Shown: positions 1 to 13,140 of the stretch, piece by piece
Numbering within the stretch: the stretch's first letter is position 1
How the letters are laid out: each line of letters opens with the position of its first letter
Assembly (NCBI RefSeq): GCF_006345805.1
Contig: NC_043003.1
Location: 100,936,001-101,000,000, forward strand
Reading direction: 5' to 3'
Length of the DNA: 64,000 bases
Origin: Octopus sinensis
Lineage: Eukaryota
Made by a program: the position numbers and the translations under genes
Notes under the pieces: generated by a model
What the model was told of the DNA's origin: nothing
Databases searched by the model: none
What the model saw: only the letters and a program-made list of their open reading frames with translations

Positions 1-2141
1 TTAGAGACAAACACTTTCCTCTCTAGCCAATCGTTCATCAGCTTTTTCAAGTACCACTTGAGAAGGAAGGAGAAAATAGAGAGGGAAGTTTTTTGTCATA
101 AAAGTTTCGATAAAAGGTGGGTGAACGTAGCAAAGATGGTACGCACAAACTACGAAACCACTTTGAGCACGATTCTGTAAATCCAAGAGAGAGAGAGAAA
201 AAGCACTTTGCTCTTATATGTTTCTTCTCTGCCGTAGTCTTTTTCGTAGACTTGTCTCCTCTGTATTCGGCCCTGCGTGGCTAATAAAGAAATCTACCTA
301 CCTATCTCTTTCTCTACCTATATACCTACCTACCTACTTATCTATCTATCTATCTGATTGGCTGTTGTTCGCGTCGTCATATATTTTTCCGTATTTATTT
401 ATGTATACCTGTATATATTTTTATCAGAAAGGTACCTAATAACATTTACTTGGCCTTGAGAGAAGCTCGCCCGAAGATTTTCCCTTTAAGGGCAAATTTT
501 CATTTTGCAAAATCTTATCTCATAAATATTTTCATCTGTCTGGAAAACAGACATGGACAGTTCAGCAAAAAGTGTCAGCTTTCCTGTGTTCCAGTTAGAA
601 ATGGAATTTCCACTATTATTATCACCGAACACGTCGAACAGAAAAGAAAACATTGACACACACACACATTTGAATAATACACATACTGATGCAAGCTTTC
701 CTTCCGAACAAGTGGGAAAGGAAGGCAGAGAGATGAAAAGTGCAACCACTTCTATTACCTCCCCTGTTACTCTTACTGTTACAAAAACCACTACACCAGC
801 AACAATACAATTGACAAACCGAATAACTTCGCTGCTATTTTAAGACAAAAAAGACAGATATATATATATATATTTATAAAACTGAAATGCGAAAAGTTTG
901 TTTGTTTGTCTGGTTTTTGGCATTAGAACGGGCCACTAGATCCCGTCGGATTGACTCCAAAATTTACAGGGACATGTAAAATGAGGTGAGGATGAGAGTG
1001 GGCTAGGTAAGAAATCCCCATCTTAAAAGGTGTCGTTGCTAGGGCCAAAAACTCACTTTGACAAATCTACTCTCATTCTTTAATGTATCTGTCTTCCTCC
1101 GTCACTCATTCTCTTTCCTCCCTTCCCATCACTTTCTATATATAACGTCGTTAACAGCGTCTAACTCCCCTTCACTTTCTCTTTATAACATCGTCAAAGA
1201 GCGTTCTGTATCTCCCCCTCCTCTCCGCCTTCAACAGCGCTTTCACACACACACTCTCTCTCTCTCTACGTCTGTCTGCATTCATAGACAGAATTATCAT
1301 CGCCACCACCACCACCACACAATCATGAGAACAAATATTATGAATCAGATATTTATTGGGTTAATTTATGTATGTGTGTGTGTGTATTCTATATATGAAT
1401 ATGTATATTAAACTTTTTAATACTTTTTGATAGTTATATATATTCAAAAAAAATAAATAAATATAAATTAATAATTTTCATTTTAAATTTAAATAATTAA
1501 AATTTTAAAATTTTATATTTTATATATTTTGTATATTATATTTTTATTTTTATGTTTTCGTTTATGTTTTTCACTGTTTGATTTGCCTAATAGTGGTTTT
1601 ATCTCTAATTTAATTTATTTGTATATATAATGCGTACACACACACACACACATAATGCTTGCCATGGTGAGTCTACTGTCGTGAGAAACAATCACTTCAA
1701 AACTTGGTGTTTACGAATTTTCTTTCACATCAAGTTCAAATTTTTACGCCAGCCGTTAAACTGCCACTATGTTACTGTCCGTCGTTAAGAAATGCCAGCC
1801 ATGGTGACTCTACTATCCTCAGATTCTATCCTTTCAGACTTTGGTTTCCAATATTTTTAAAATTTTTATTCAGCTCCCAAGTTCGCCTGTCCCTTTTAAA
1901 TGTTAGTGTCTTGCTTTCTGCCTTGAAGCAGACCTTTCCGTTGTCACTGCCTGATATTTATGATTGATTTTTCAAACTACTTTCTTTCTCAACTTACTCA
2001 AGATCTTTTGTTGTTTATAAATGGGAGAGAGATAGATAGAGAAAGATAGAGAGTAAGAGAAAGCGGGGGAGAGTCCGAGAGAAAGGAAGAGTAAGAGAGT
2101 GGGAAAGGGAGAGAGAAAGGAGAGAGAAACAAACAGGGAGA

Positions 2142-2365
2142 ATCATCATCATCGTTTAACGTCCATTTTCCATGCTAGTACGGTTTGACCGGGGTCTGGG
2201 AAGCCAGGAGGCTGCACCAAGCTCCAGTCTGATCTGGCAGTGTTTCTACAGCTGGATGCCCTTCCTAACGCCAACCACTCTGTGATTGTAGTGGGTGCTT
2301 TTTTCGTGCCACGGGGGTAGGGGCACTGGCAGCGGCCACGTTCGGATGGTGATTTTTACGTGCCG
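2142..2365 (-). mobile_element. Short copy of the RTE-LINE 3' tail (SINE-like, GAT-repeat tail)
   Basis: Shares 'catcatcgtttaac...ctacagctggatgcccttcctaacgccaaccactc' with the ends of the RTE copies at 10722 and 25480. Confidence 0.75.
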
Positions 2366-2399
2366 AAAGGATGCAACAGAAAATAACAACCACACTCTT

Positions 2400-2431
2400 A
2401 CCCACGCGTAGAGCGGGTCACCTTAAGCTAG
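2400..2431 (+). mobile_element. Helitron-like 3' end (small hairpin followed by CTAG)
   Basis: acccacgc...gcgggt hairpin about 10 nt upstream of CTAG|T. Confidence 0.3.
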
Positions 2432-2514
2432 TATATATATATATATATAAGCTAGTATATATAGTATATATATAGTATATATAGTATATATATATATATA
2501 TATATAGTATATAT

Positions 2515-2565
<51 letters not shown>

Positions 2566-2880
2566 TCGTTATCGAGTATGGCCATTGCACGAAGCTTAAT
2601 CAATGTTGTTATCGATCGGGTATTCAGTCCGATTATTTCTATGTCCCCGCGCATGATACAGCCTTAAGACATTTATTGGATGGCCGTTGACTCTCAAGAG
2701 TTCCTCCGCCCTTTGACGGGTTTTGTTTTTAATTCCGCAGGGTGTCCAAGCTTGGTGGGATTGCCGGTTTAGTCGCTGACGACCCGACCATGCAACAGGT
2801 TGTTCTGGGTTACATGTTACCAGTAGCACACGAAAGTGACCTGACATAATACATACATACATAATACATACATACATACA

Positions 2881-2909
<29 letters not shown>
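2432..2909. repeat. (TA)n (2432-2563) and (CATA)n (2848-2909) microsatellites
   Basis: Directly visible. Confidence 0.95.
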
Positions 2910-2911
<2 letters not shown>

Positions 2912-3302
2912 GATGGCTGCTGTGATCGAATGTGACTTTTATTTACTTTTTAAGGCTACAGCCAGCCATTCAGTTGAGACTCACAGCACCATCAACAATC
3001 ATGAACAATGTTGTTATCGTGCAATGCCTGTGCAAGAAGATTTTTTTAAAGTGAGGAAAGGCTGTGCACTGAGTCAATCCCACTCACTAAGCAACAGCAG
3101 CCATAATACGAAAAGAGAAACAAGTCAACATCATCGGCAAAGCAAATCAAATAAAGTTTGGGATTTTTTGCGGAGGGTGAAAGTGGTAACAAGAACAGGG
3201 CAGTGAGAACAAGATAGTAGAAACAAACAGTGCACTTGGTTTGTCGTTTGTGCGAGTCAGACGTTATTATTATATTTTTTTTGCTGCTGCTTTGAGGGTA
3301 GA

Positions 3303-4390
3303 CATGATGTACTCAGACCTTAGCGGGTCTGAGTTGTCTTCAGTAGAGGAGGAGCTGGTAAGGGTGGTCATAAAGATGACGGAGTGTTGGATAAGACAAG
3401 GAGTTTTGCTGAGGCCACGGAGATGAAGCGAAGGGAGTTGGACTTGGCTGGTCTGAAGGAGTATGAGAAGATGGTACAGAAGGTGGGAGGCGACGTGAGG
3501 CTGTCACCCCCAAAGGAATTATGGAGCGGATGGAGAAAAAAAAGAAAAAAAGGCCAAGCAAGTGGAAGCTGAAATGGAAAATGCGCTAAAGAAATAACAT
3601 ATATAAAGAAGGAGATATGGGACAATGGTCGTCCAATTTAGGACAGTAGAGGCGAGTGTGGCGGTGAAAACAGAGGAAGTAGTGCTTCTGCCCACATACC
3701 TTGGAAGAAAGACTTTCAAGGCAAGGGTAGAAGCAATCCCACCTAATATAGAAGTGGCTTGGTTGGCGGCGGCTGTCCTTGTTGGAAGTGAGGAGAAAGT
3801 GGCTGTCCTTGAAGCCACAGAAACGGAAGAAGGAGGGTGGAAAGCGAAGACACTAGAATTAATTATACAGACGGAGGTGGAACAATTGGAGAGTTTGGCA
3901 GAGACGGTGACTTTGGGGGAAATTGTGCTGAGGGTGTGGGTAGAGGGAAGAGAACCACGTTGCTTTAAATGTGATCAAAAGGGACACATTATAACATACT
4001 GCCCTTTAAAGAGGACAATAGTAAATAAACAGTTGTGGAGACGGAAGAGAAAAGAGAGGAAAAGGAGGAAGAACAGAGAGTAGAAGGAAGAGAAAAAAAG
4101 AAAGAAAACTGAGTGTGATGTGGTACCCCAGTCCAACTCCATCCCACCCAAGACCACTCAGACCCACCCTCCCCATACAGACACCAAACCTACCCTCCCC
4201 ATTTCCCCACAGGAAAAAAAGAAAAAAAAGAGCAGACACCTCAGAATTTAGAAAACCCCCTCCCCCGGTGAAAAAGGTTACGAGAGAGTGTAGTCATGGA
4301 GCGATAAAGGAAATGGAACAGAGATTAAAAGGAAATTAGGACTCAGAGGCAGCGAGTGGTGTTGCTCAGTATGGGGTGAGTAGCACACTC
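3303..4390 (+). mobile_element. Degenerate ORF1/gag-like zinc-knuckle retroelement remnant
   Basis: Frameshifted ORFs 3384-3572 and 3625-4083. CCHC knuckle CFKCDQKGHIITYC at 3961-4002, followed by a basic, Pro-rich tail. Confidence 0.7.
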
Positions 4391-4564
4391 TCCATATTTT
4401 CATTTTCAAATATTACGTATGTTATCATAATTTTAATTTGTTTTTTATGTTCATTTTCATGTGTCATTCATAATATCATATTTTATTTTTATATATTGTT
4501 AATTGTTATATGTCCCCACATGCGTTGTAGTGTCCCCTCTATGTAATGCCTTTATGGCAAAAAT

Positions 4565-5021
4565 ATTGAAATAAAGTAGCTTACTTACCAATCACATGGT
4601 TTCCGTTTTCAGTCCCACTGCGCGGTACCTCAGGTAAGTGTCTTCTAATTTAACCTTGGGCCGACCAAAGCCTCATGAGTGGATTTGGTAGTCATGTGTG
4701 TGTGTGTGTATGTGTGTGTGTGTGTGTGTGTATCACCATCACTTGACAACCGATAAGTCAGTTTCAAATTATGAAATTTGAAACTGACTTATTGGAAGTC
4801 CACCTGAAGATTGTCGATCAAGACAAGAAATAATTGTAGTGGCGGTTTTTTTGACTATTTATTAAAATTTTATGTATTGATTAAGTCTTTCCTTGTTTGT
4901 TTTGCAAAATAGTGGTTTTGTCTCTAATAATATTTTATAATATTTTACTATAAAATTGGATTTAATCCTAAATCTGATTTTTTCCCTGTAAATTTGGATT
5001 TATTCCCTAATATTTATTATT

Positions 5022-5056
<35 letters not shown>

Positions 5057-5270
5057 TTGTGTGTCTGTGTTTGTTCCCCTAGCATTGCTTGACAACCGAT
5101 GCTGGTGTGTTTACGTCCCCGTCACTTAGCGGTTCGGCAAAAAGAGACCGATAGAATAAGTACTGGGTTTACAAAAAGAATAAGTCCCGGGGTCGAGTTG
5201 CTCGACTAAAGGCGGTGCTCCAGCATGGCCGCAGTTAAATGACTGAAACAAGTAAAAGAGTAAAAGAGTA
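4565..5270 (+). mobile_element. Two SINE fragments (4565-4755, 5040-5270)
   Basis: Shared 'ttgacaaccgat' body. The tail 'aaaggcggtgctccagcatggccgcag..aatgactgaaacaagtaaaagag' recurs near 58.0 and 62.0 kb. Confidence 0.75.
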
Positions 5271-5456
5271 TAATACTTTTGTATTATTATCATTCAAACT
5301 GTAAAGACATCGCAAAAAGACTGCTAACACTGAGTGGCAGTTTTTTGTGATGTTCTTGCCGCTTTAATAATAGAAAGAAGCATATTACTCAACCTTCGGT
5401 ATTCGAGTACTATTTTTTCCACTTTGTTTCGCATTTATGTGGTTATTTGTGTGTGT

Positions 5457-5465
5457 GTCTATCTG

Positions 5466-5526
<61 letters not shown>

Positions 5527-5563
5527 TCATATACATACATACATACATACATACATACATACA

Positions 5564-5592
<29 letters not shown>
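5457..5592. repeat. (TCTA)n followed by (CATA)n microsatellite
   Basis: Directly visible. Confidence 0.95.
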
Positions 5593-5596
<4 letters not shown>

Positions 5597-5606
5597 GTGT
5601 GTGTGT

Positions 5607-6356
5607 GGGGGGTCTGATCCATAAGTACCCGGATGTTATCAGAGTAACGAAGCTAAAGCACGCAAAGTGAAGCCGCTTGGCACAGCTTGACTTTGAACTC
5701 TGCCGTGCATGTGCACTAAGTTTTAGTATTCTAGCTCATTTCTGATGTTTACAGCAGTGCTTGGAAGGAAGTTATTGTGGCAGTACCTGCTCAGAGGCCT
5801 ATGCAAAGTTGCAGAAAGTGTATGGAGAGGAGTGCATGAACTGCACACAAGTGTACGAGTAGTTCAAACGTTTCCAAGATGGCTGAAAAAATGTCGATGT
5901 TTACGAATGTTGTAGGAGACCTGCAACGAGCAGAACTAGGAAAAACATTGCAGATGTACATGCATCTGCGAGGGAAAATCGACGAATTACCATCCGTGAA
6001 TTATCAGAGGATGTGCAGATTAGTTACGGTTCAGTTCAGTCCCATTATCACTGAAGATTTGGGTATGAAACGCGTGTCTGCCAAAATTGCTTTCAGCTGA
6101 CCAAAAAGATACTCGGGCTTCAGTTGTACAAGATCCTTGATTGTGTCGAGAATGATGAAAACTTTACGTGGGCCTCTGAGCAGATATCACCAAGCTTTTG
6201 GTAAAATTTGATGTAGATTTTCAGCTTAAATTTCTTTGTCATGGTCAATGCTACGATCACACGCTACAAGATCAATCTTTGCCAAGCAGCTCTACTCTGC
6301 ATGCTTTAGCTTCGTTACTATGGCAACAGTCCGGATACTTATTGATCAGACCTTGT
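5607..6356 (+). mobile_element. Internally deleted mariner-type element with ~55-bp TIRs
   Basis: ggtctgatccataagtacccggatg..agtaacgaagctaaagca at the left end is the imperfect reverse complement of 6301-6356. The interior holds a degraded transposase N-terminus. Confidence 0.8.
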
Positions 6357-6464
6357 AGGAATATCTACTGCTAATACTTGTATATGTATGAATTATCTAT
6401 GCAATATTTGGAGTATTGTTAGTATAAGTGAATACATTTAAGTATAGTACAATAATCCTTCAAA

Positions 6465-8351
6465 ATGAATACTGTTGGAAATATGGAGATAATACGGATT
6501 GATCCATCACTAAAAGATATACCCACACCAATTAAGGACTATTACATCAAAGAATTAATATATAAGATTAACGAATTTATCCATAGAATACGATGGAAAA
6601 TCTATACCCATGAAAAGAATCTCACTAAACTGAACTATGAAGATAAAGATTACCACAAGTATGCAAGAATCAGAAGTAACTACGAGGAAATAATGGAAAT
6701 TACTAAGAATACATTTAAATCCAGAAAGGCACCACCACCTAATAAATACTTGGACAACTTCGAACAAGATCTATGGAGTACCATTAAAAATATCAAGTTC
6801 AGGAATCATCCACTAAGGCACAATCCCTACCAGAGAAAATTAAAAGAAATTATTAGAACTTTTAAGAACAAAAATGGTATTTAACACATTCGGATAAGAC
6901 TGGTAATATATATAACATAGACACTCAAACATACCATGAACTATTACTCAGAGAAATTATATAAAAATATAAGGTTGTACCTTATGCTACACTTCGAAAA
7001 TTGAATTTAGAAGCTAGAAATATAATGTATGATTATAATTTAGAAGATATAGACCACAATTAAGGACCATAAAGAGAACTTCCCTAATACAACACAGGTC
7101 AAACTAACCTGTCCAAATAAATCTGACTTAGGCAAATTAAGTAAATTAATTCTAGACAAATATATACCTATAATTAGAAATAAAATTAAGCTTAATTTAT
7201 GGAAAAACACACAAGGTGCATTGGAATGGTTTTCCAGTATTAAGGTTGATAACGGTAGAAACCATAAATTAATCCAATTTGATATTCAAAATTATTATTC
7301 ATTGATTAACCCAGTAATACTTAATAAAGCTTTAATTTTTGTAAGGAAATATACGAATATTAGCATGAGGGAAATTAAGGTAATACTAGCGGCAAGAAAA
7401 AACTGTTATAGAATTTGACAATCAACTATGGGCTAGAAAGGATACACCAGTTTTATTTGATATTACAATGGGATCGCCGGATTCAGCGGAAACGACAGAT
7501 TTGGTAGGGATTTATTCATTAGACAATATAAGTAAGGAATTCCCTGAATTAAATGGTGGCATTTATAGAGACCATGCATTATTCCTAGTTAAGAATCTTT
7601 CGAATAGTTATCTAGAAATACTTAAAAAAACGCTTGCATAAATTCTTTAATAATTTCGGCCTATCCATTACTATCGAAAATGAAAATTATTCTATTAATT
7701 ATCTAGATGTGAATTGTAACCTTAATACTGGACTCCATGAACCTTATGTGAAACAAAATTCCAATTTAAGATATATAAATAATTCTAGTAATCACCCTCC
7801 ACAAATAAAAAAAAGCACTACTACTAAGCATAAGTAAAAGAATTTCTAACCTATCTTCAAATGAAGAGATATTTAATAATGCAGTAACAATTAATCACAA
7901 AAAAGTAAACCATGTACAACAAATTAATAAGTGTAATTGTAGGATAAAAGAAAATTGTGTATTTAATAATGACTGCATTAGGAAGGAGGTAGTATATCAA
8001 TGTATAGTAAGTACACAATACGACAGAAAAGTCTATATTGTAGCTAAGAAGAAGAATTTGAAACAAAGACTTAATTATCACAGATATACTTTTAAAAATA
8101 GAAATAGGAGTAATTCTTCAGGGATAAGTACATATATATGGGAACTTAAGGATAAAAAAATAAATTATAATTTACAATGGAAAATACTTATATCTGCACC
8201 TGCGTATAATAATAAAAATAGAAAATGTTCATTATGCATCAATGAAATTTTCTTTCTAATTAGGGCTAATCTACTGATCATTAACAATTTTAAGGAACGC
8301 AATGTCTCATGTCTTCATAAAATTAGGTATACTTTCTCCAGATATAAATAG
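6465..8351 (+). mobile_element. Degenerate Penelope-like element (RT plus GIY-YIG)
   Basis: RT motifs LIQFDIQNYY, TMGSPDSAE, GGIYRDH(D), INYLDV and SNHPP. C-terminal GIY-YIG-type 'VVYQC..VYIV..LKQRLNYH..YIWELK..CSLC'. Confidence 0.9.
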
Positions 8352-9121
8352 TACTGTGAGCATGACCTTGCCAGCGGAGGGCTGCACCCTTGTCTTTCTT
8401 TGGAGGAGGTGAGTCACTGTGCTTTCACTGCATTGACTGGGCTTTGGTTTCTGGATCATAGTGATGGACCCAGGTTTCATCCTGTGTAATCAGTCTTTTG
8501 AAAAGTTTTGACTCATCTTCTTGGCACATCTCCAAATTCATCCTCGAGCACTCGACGCGTTCTTGCTTCTGGAAAGGTGTGAGCAACCTGAGACTCCATC
8601 TGGCAGACACGTTTTGCATATGCAAATGGTCATGAATGATAGTTTCCACAGACCCGGTACTAATCTTGACCTCAAGGGCTATTTGGCGAATAGTTATGCG
8701 TCGATCTTCCAAAATGGCAGCCTCAACTTGACGGACAGATGCCTCATCAATGGCAGAAGGGGGGCGACCAGATCTGGGAGCTGTTTCCACAGAGTTCCGA
8801 CCATGTTTGAATTCACGATGCCAGCGTTTTACAAGGTCATATGATGGGGCATCATCACCATAAGTTACTTCCATTTCATCAAAAGTTTCCCGTGGTGTGC
8901 GTCCTTTTAAATACAAAAACCGGATTACTGCTCGACACTCAACAGGCTCTATTTCACACTTGACTCAGTTCAAACACCTGTAAATCAGAAACCACACTTA
9001 GTTCAGAGCTGTAATTTGCCAGTTAATCTATAGAGATATAAATAATTGCACATACAAAATTTCAGCTAGATCAAACAACTGCAAGTGGGTCAGGGGCATT
9101 ACTTATTGAACGTCCCTCGTA
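8352..9121 (-). mobile_element. Mariner transposon 5' half (TIR plus transposase N-terminus)
   Basis: TIR tacgagggacgttcaataagtaatgcccc at 9090-9121. ORF 8425-8916 has an HTH region, a degenerate WVPR (WSLR) and ITQDETWVHHYDPE. Confidence 0.92.
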
Positions 9122-9487
9122 TAATTGATAGCAAAGTTTGTATAAAATGGGATTAAATCCAGGTTAAGTCATAGATCGATCTAGTTAGTAAAGTTTTAAG
9201 ATTTTTGAGACAACATAGTGTCTCCATACATGCAAATGAAAAATTGAAAGAAAGAGATAATGTCACTCTTTCTTTGGAAGAGAAATTAATTTTGGTATTG
9301 AAAGGCAGAAAATACCTGAAGTAGTCAAGTGGAGCAGGAGATATTGCCTGCAAAATTAGGGAAAAAGTATTTAGACTTATTTACCATCAAAAAATGGTAT
9401 ACCTTCATAAGTAACCCCCTTCATAACATAGAAAATGGGCCATCCTTCCGTTTCACCTGCAGACTTGTCATTATTGTTCGTTAACTT

Positions 9488-9635
9488 GAAGGCGGTGAGC
9501 TGGAAAATCGTTAGCACTCCGAGCGAAATGCTTAGTGGTATTTCGTCCGCTGCTACATTCTGAGTTCAAATTCTGCTGAGGTCGACTTGCCTTTCATCCT
9601 TTCAGGGTCGATAAATTAAGTACCAGTGAAACACT
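9488..9635 (+). mobile_element. tRNA-derived SINE head
   Basis: ggtgagctgg..aatcgttagca A-box-like and gagttcaaatt B-box-like motifs, followed by a SINE body. Confidence 0.6.
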
Positions 9636-10721
9636 AAAACAAACATCAGTACCTCAAGAGGAAAAAAATTGACAACGTGCCTGCTTAACACGGCTGAAAG
9701 GCAAGCAGACATTTTTGCTGCTTGCCTTTTAGCCGAATTGTCAACAGAACGAAAAGGAAAGGAAAGCAAATTTTTGACTGTTTGCTTTATCTGCTTTGTC
9801 TTTTTCTTTTCCTTTCTCATGACTGGAAGCAAGCAATAAAATACTTGCTTATCTTTACTTTTCTTTCTGTTGACCACTTTATACCAAGAAATGATGGGAT
9901 GCGAAATAAAAGTAAATATAACTACAATGAATCTAGTCAAAATTAACGCCAACTTGTTCTTTTTGTACGTACATGTGGTGTGTGTCTCATTTACTTCAAA
10001 GGAAGAAGTGAGTGGCAAAGCGAGAAAGAAGAGGACAGAGAGGAAAGAACAGAGAAAGAGAGTGAGTGAGCGAGTGAGAGAGAGAGAGAGAGAAAGAAAG
10101 AGTGGAAGAGATAGTGAGTGGTGACAGTGTTCGTTTTGTGTTTTTAAAAGTTTATCACAAGAAAAGTAAATAGGTAAACTGAAAGAAAAGCTGATACATA
10201 GATACATACACACATTGTTGAATTAAAAGCGGGAGATAGAGAGGAGGAACACAGAGGAAGTGAAAGAGAAAGTGAGAAAGGGAGAGAGACAGTACATACA
10301 AAGATCGAAAGAAAAGTTGATACATAGATACATAGACACATTTTAAAATCAAAGAGAAATAACTACAGCAAATATTGGAAGCCACTATCACTTTTCATTA
10401 CTACACGGATAAAATTAACTCGCAAGTGGCTGAGTACTCCACAGACATGCATACCATTAACGAAGTTCTCAGGGAGATTCAGCCTCACAATGAATATGAC
10501 CAGGCCGGCTCCTTTCAATTACAGCTACAACTCATATTGGCCAGCTGAATGGACTGAAGCAAGATAAACCTTCAAGTTGTTGGAAGAAAACGAAAAGGTC
10601 CTATATTACTTATCTTCATATAGAGAGAATGTTTCTTAAACATTTTTCACTTATATTTCAAAATATCCGTTAGCTGTATTAGTCATGGTTCCTACACAAC
10701 TAGGCTCAACACTACCTAAGC

Positions 10722-13140
10722 ATCATCATCATCGTTTAACATCCGCTTTCAATGCTAGCATGGGTTGGACGATTTAACTGACGAACCAATCTTGATCTGG
10801 CAGAGTTTCTACAGCTGGATGCCCTTCCTAACGCCAACCACTCCGAAAGTGTAGTGGGTGCTTTTTACGTGCCACCGGTACAGGGGCCAGTCAGGTGGTA
10901 CTGGCAACAACCTTGCTCGAATGTTTTGTTCACATGCCACCAGCACAGGTGCCAGTAAGGCGACGCTGGCAACAATCACGCTCGGATGGTGCTCTTGGCA
11001 CCCTACTAGCATGGGCACAAGTGCCAGTAAAGCGACGCTGGTAACGATCACACTCGAATGGTGCATTTTATGTGCCACTGGCACGGACGCTGGTTAGCTG
11101 CTCTGTCAACGATCACACTCGTATGGTGCTCTTTGCACCCCGCTAGCACGGATGCCAGTATCGAATTTGATTTTGATTTTGATTTCACTTGCCTCAACAG
11201 GTTTTCGCAAGCAGAGTTTAGTGTCCAAAGAAGGAAAAGGTACGCATAAGTGGGCTGGTTACGCTCCTGGCATAGGCCACGGGTTATGGTCTCATTTGGC
11301 TTGCCGGGTCTTCTCAAGAACAGCATATTTCCAAAAGTCTCGGTCACTAGTCATTTCCTCGGTGAGGCCTAAAGTTCGAAGGTCGTGCTTCACCACTTCA
11401 TCCCAGATCTTCCTGGGTCGGACCGCTTCCACAGGTTTCCTCAACCGCAAGGATGTGACACTTTTACACACAGCTATCCTCGTCCATTCTCGCCACATGA
11501 CTATACCAGTGCAGTCGTCTCTCTTGCACACCACATCTGATGCTTCTTAGGTCCAACTTTTCTCTCAAGGTACTTACACTCTGTCGAGTATGCACACTGT
11601 CATTACACATCCATCGGATCATACTGGCTTCATTCCTCACGAGCTTACGCATGTCCTCAGCAGTCACAGCCCATGTTTCACTGCCATGTAGCATGGCTGT
11701 TTGTACACGAGCGTCATACAGTCTACCTTTTACTCTGAGCGAGAGGTTCTTTGTCACCAGCAGAGGTAAGAGCTCTCTGAACTTTGCCCAAGCTATTCTT
11801 ATTCTAGCAGCTACACTTTCAGCGTACTCACCTCCGCTACTGACTTGGTCACCTAAGTAACGGAAACTATCAACTACCTCTAGTTTTTCCCCCTGGAATG
11901 TGGCGGAAGTTGTTCTCTGCGCATTTTCAGTGTTTATTGCTACCGAGCATCTGCCCCCTATAAAAACTATCTTCCCAGTTAGCCTTCCTTTGATATTACT
12001 GCACCTCTTATGTGTCCATAGCTTACATTGGGTACATCTTATGGAGTTTCTACCTATACCTCTACTACAGATTGGGCAGGGCCATCTACCTGAAGGGATT
12101 TGTGGTTTGCCTGCCTTCCTACTTATTAGGACTTTGGTTTTAGCTAGGTTGATTCTAAGGCCCTTTGATTCTAATCCTTGCTTCCACACTTGAAACTTCT
12201 CAAGTTCTGATAGTGACTCAGCAATTAGAGCAAGGTCATCAGCATAGAGGAGCTCCCAGAGGCATCCAGTCTAGAATTCCTCCATTATTGCCTGGAGGAC
12301 TATGATAAATAGGAGGGGGCTGAGGACTGACCCCTACTTCTACCCGGAATTCTTCAGTGTACTCGTTGCCAACCCTCACCTTACTTACAGCGTCTTTGTA
12401 CATGGCTTGCACAGCTCTCACTAACCATTCATCTATCCCTAGTTTCCTCATTGACCATCAGATAAGGGATCGGGGGACCCTGTCAAAGGCTTTCTCCATG
12501 TCAACGAAAGCCAGGTACAGGGACTTATCTTTGGCTAGGCATTTCTCCTGCAGCTGTCTTACCAGAAATATGGCATCAGTGGTGCTTTTCCCTGGCACGA
12601 AACCAAACTGCATCTCATCCAAGCTGACTCTCTCTCTAATCAGTTGGGCTATGACCCTCTCCGTAACCTTCATTACCTGATCCAACAGCTTGATACCTCT
12701 GTAATTATTTGTATCTAGGGCGTCACCTTTACCTTTGTTGCAGTTGACTATTATGCTGCTACACCAGTCATTGGGTATGACTCCTTCGTGTATCACCTGG
12801 TTAACTATACGGGTGACTAGGCTATAGCCGACACTGCCAGATATTTTGAGCATCTCTGCAGAAATTCTCGATGGGCCGGGGGCATTCCCTGTCTTCATAC
12901 TTCTAATTGCCTTTTCTACCAAGGTACTGTCAACTTGGATAGCTGGTCCCTCTGTTTGGCCGACATTCGGCAGACTCTCTTTCTCCCATTCATTTTCTTT
13001 ATTCAGCAACCTTTCACAGTGGCGTCTCCAAACCTCTCTCTTTGTATCCTCATTTAGCGCAAGTGAACCATCATCCATGCGAACACATTTCTCTCCTACA
13101 ACATCACGATTCTCTCTCACACACTGTCTTGCAACAACGA
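10722..13140 (-). mobile_element. 5'-truncated RTE-clade LINE (RT plus 3' UTR)
   Basis: NYRGIKLL, QFGFVPGKSTTDAIF, LAFVDMEKAFDRV, LLYADDL and FRYLGD motifs. Ends in a (GAT)n tail. Confidence 0.93.

Noticed and set aside
5-45. CTGATGA...GAAA motif on the minus strand as a hammerhead
   Set aside because: No pairing for stem II or stem III could be drawn.
9316-9347. 32-nt AG..GT segment on the minus strand (AISPAPLDYFR) as a later PDE exon
   Set aside because: The intervening GAF-B exons that must precede it were not found between 9347 and 23216, and the peptide match is weak.
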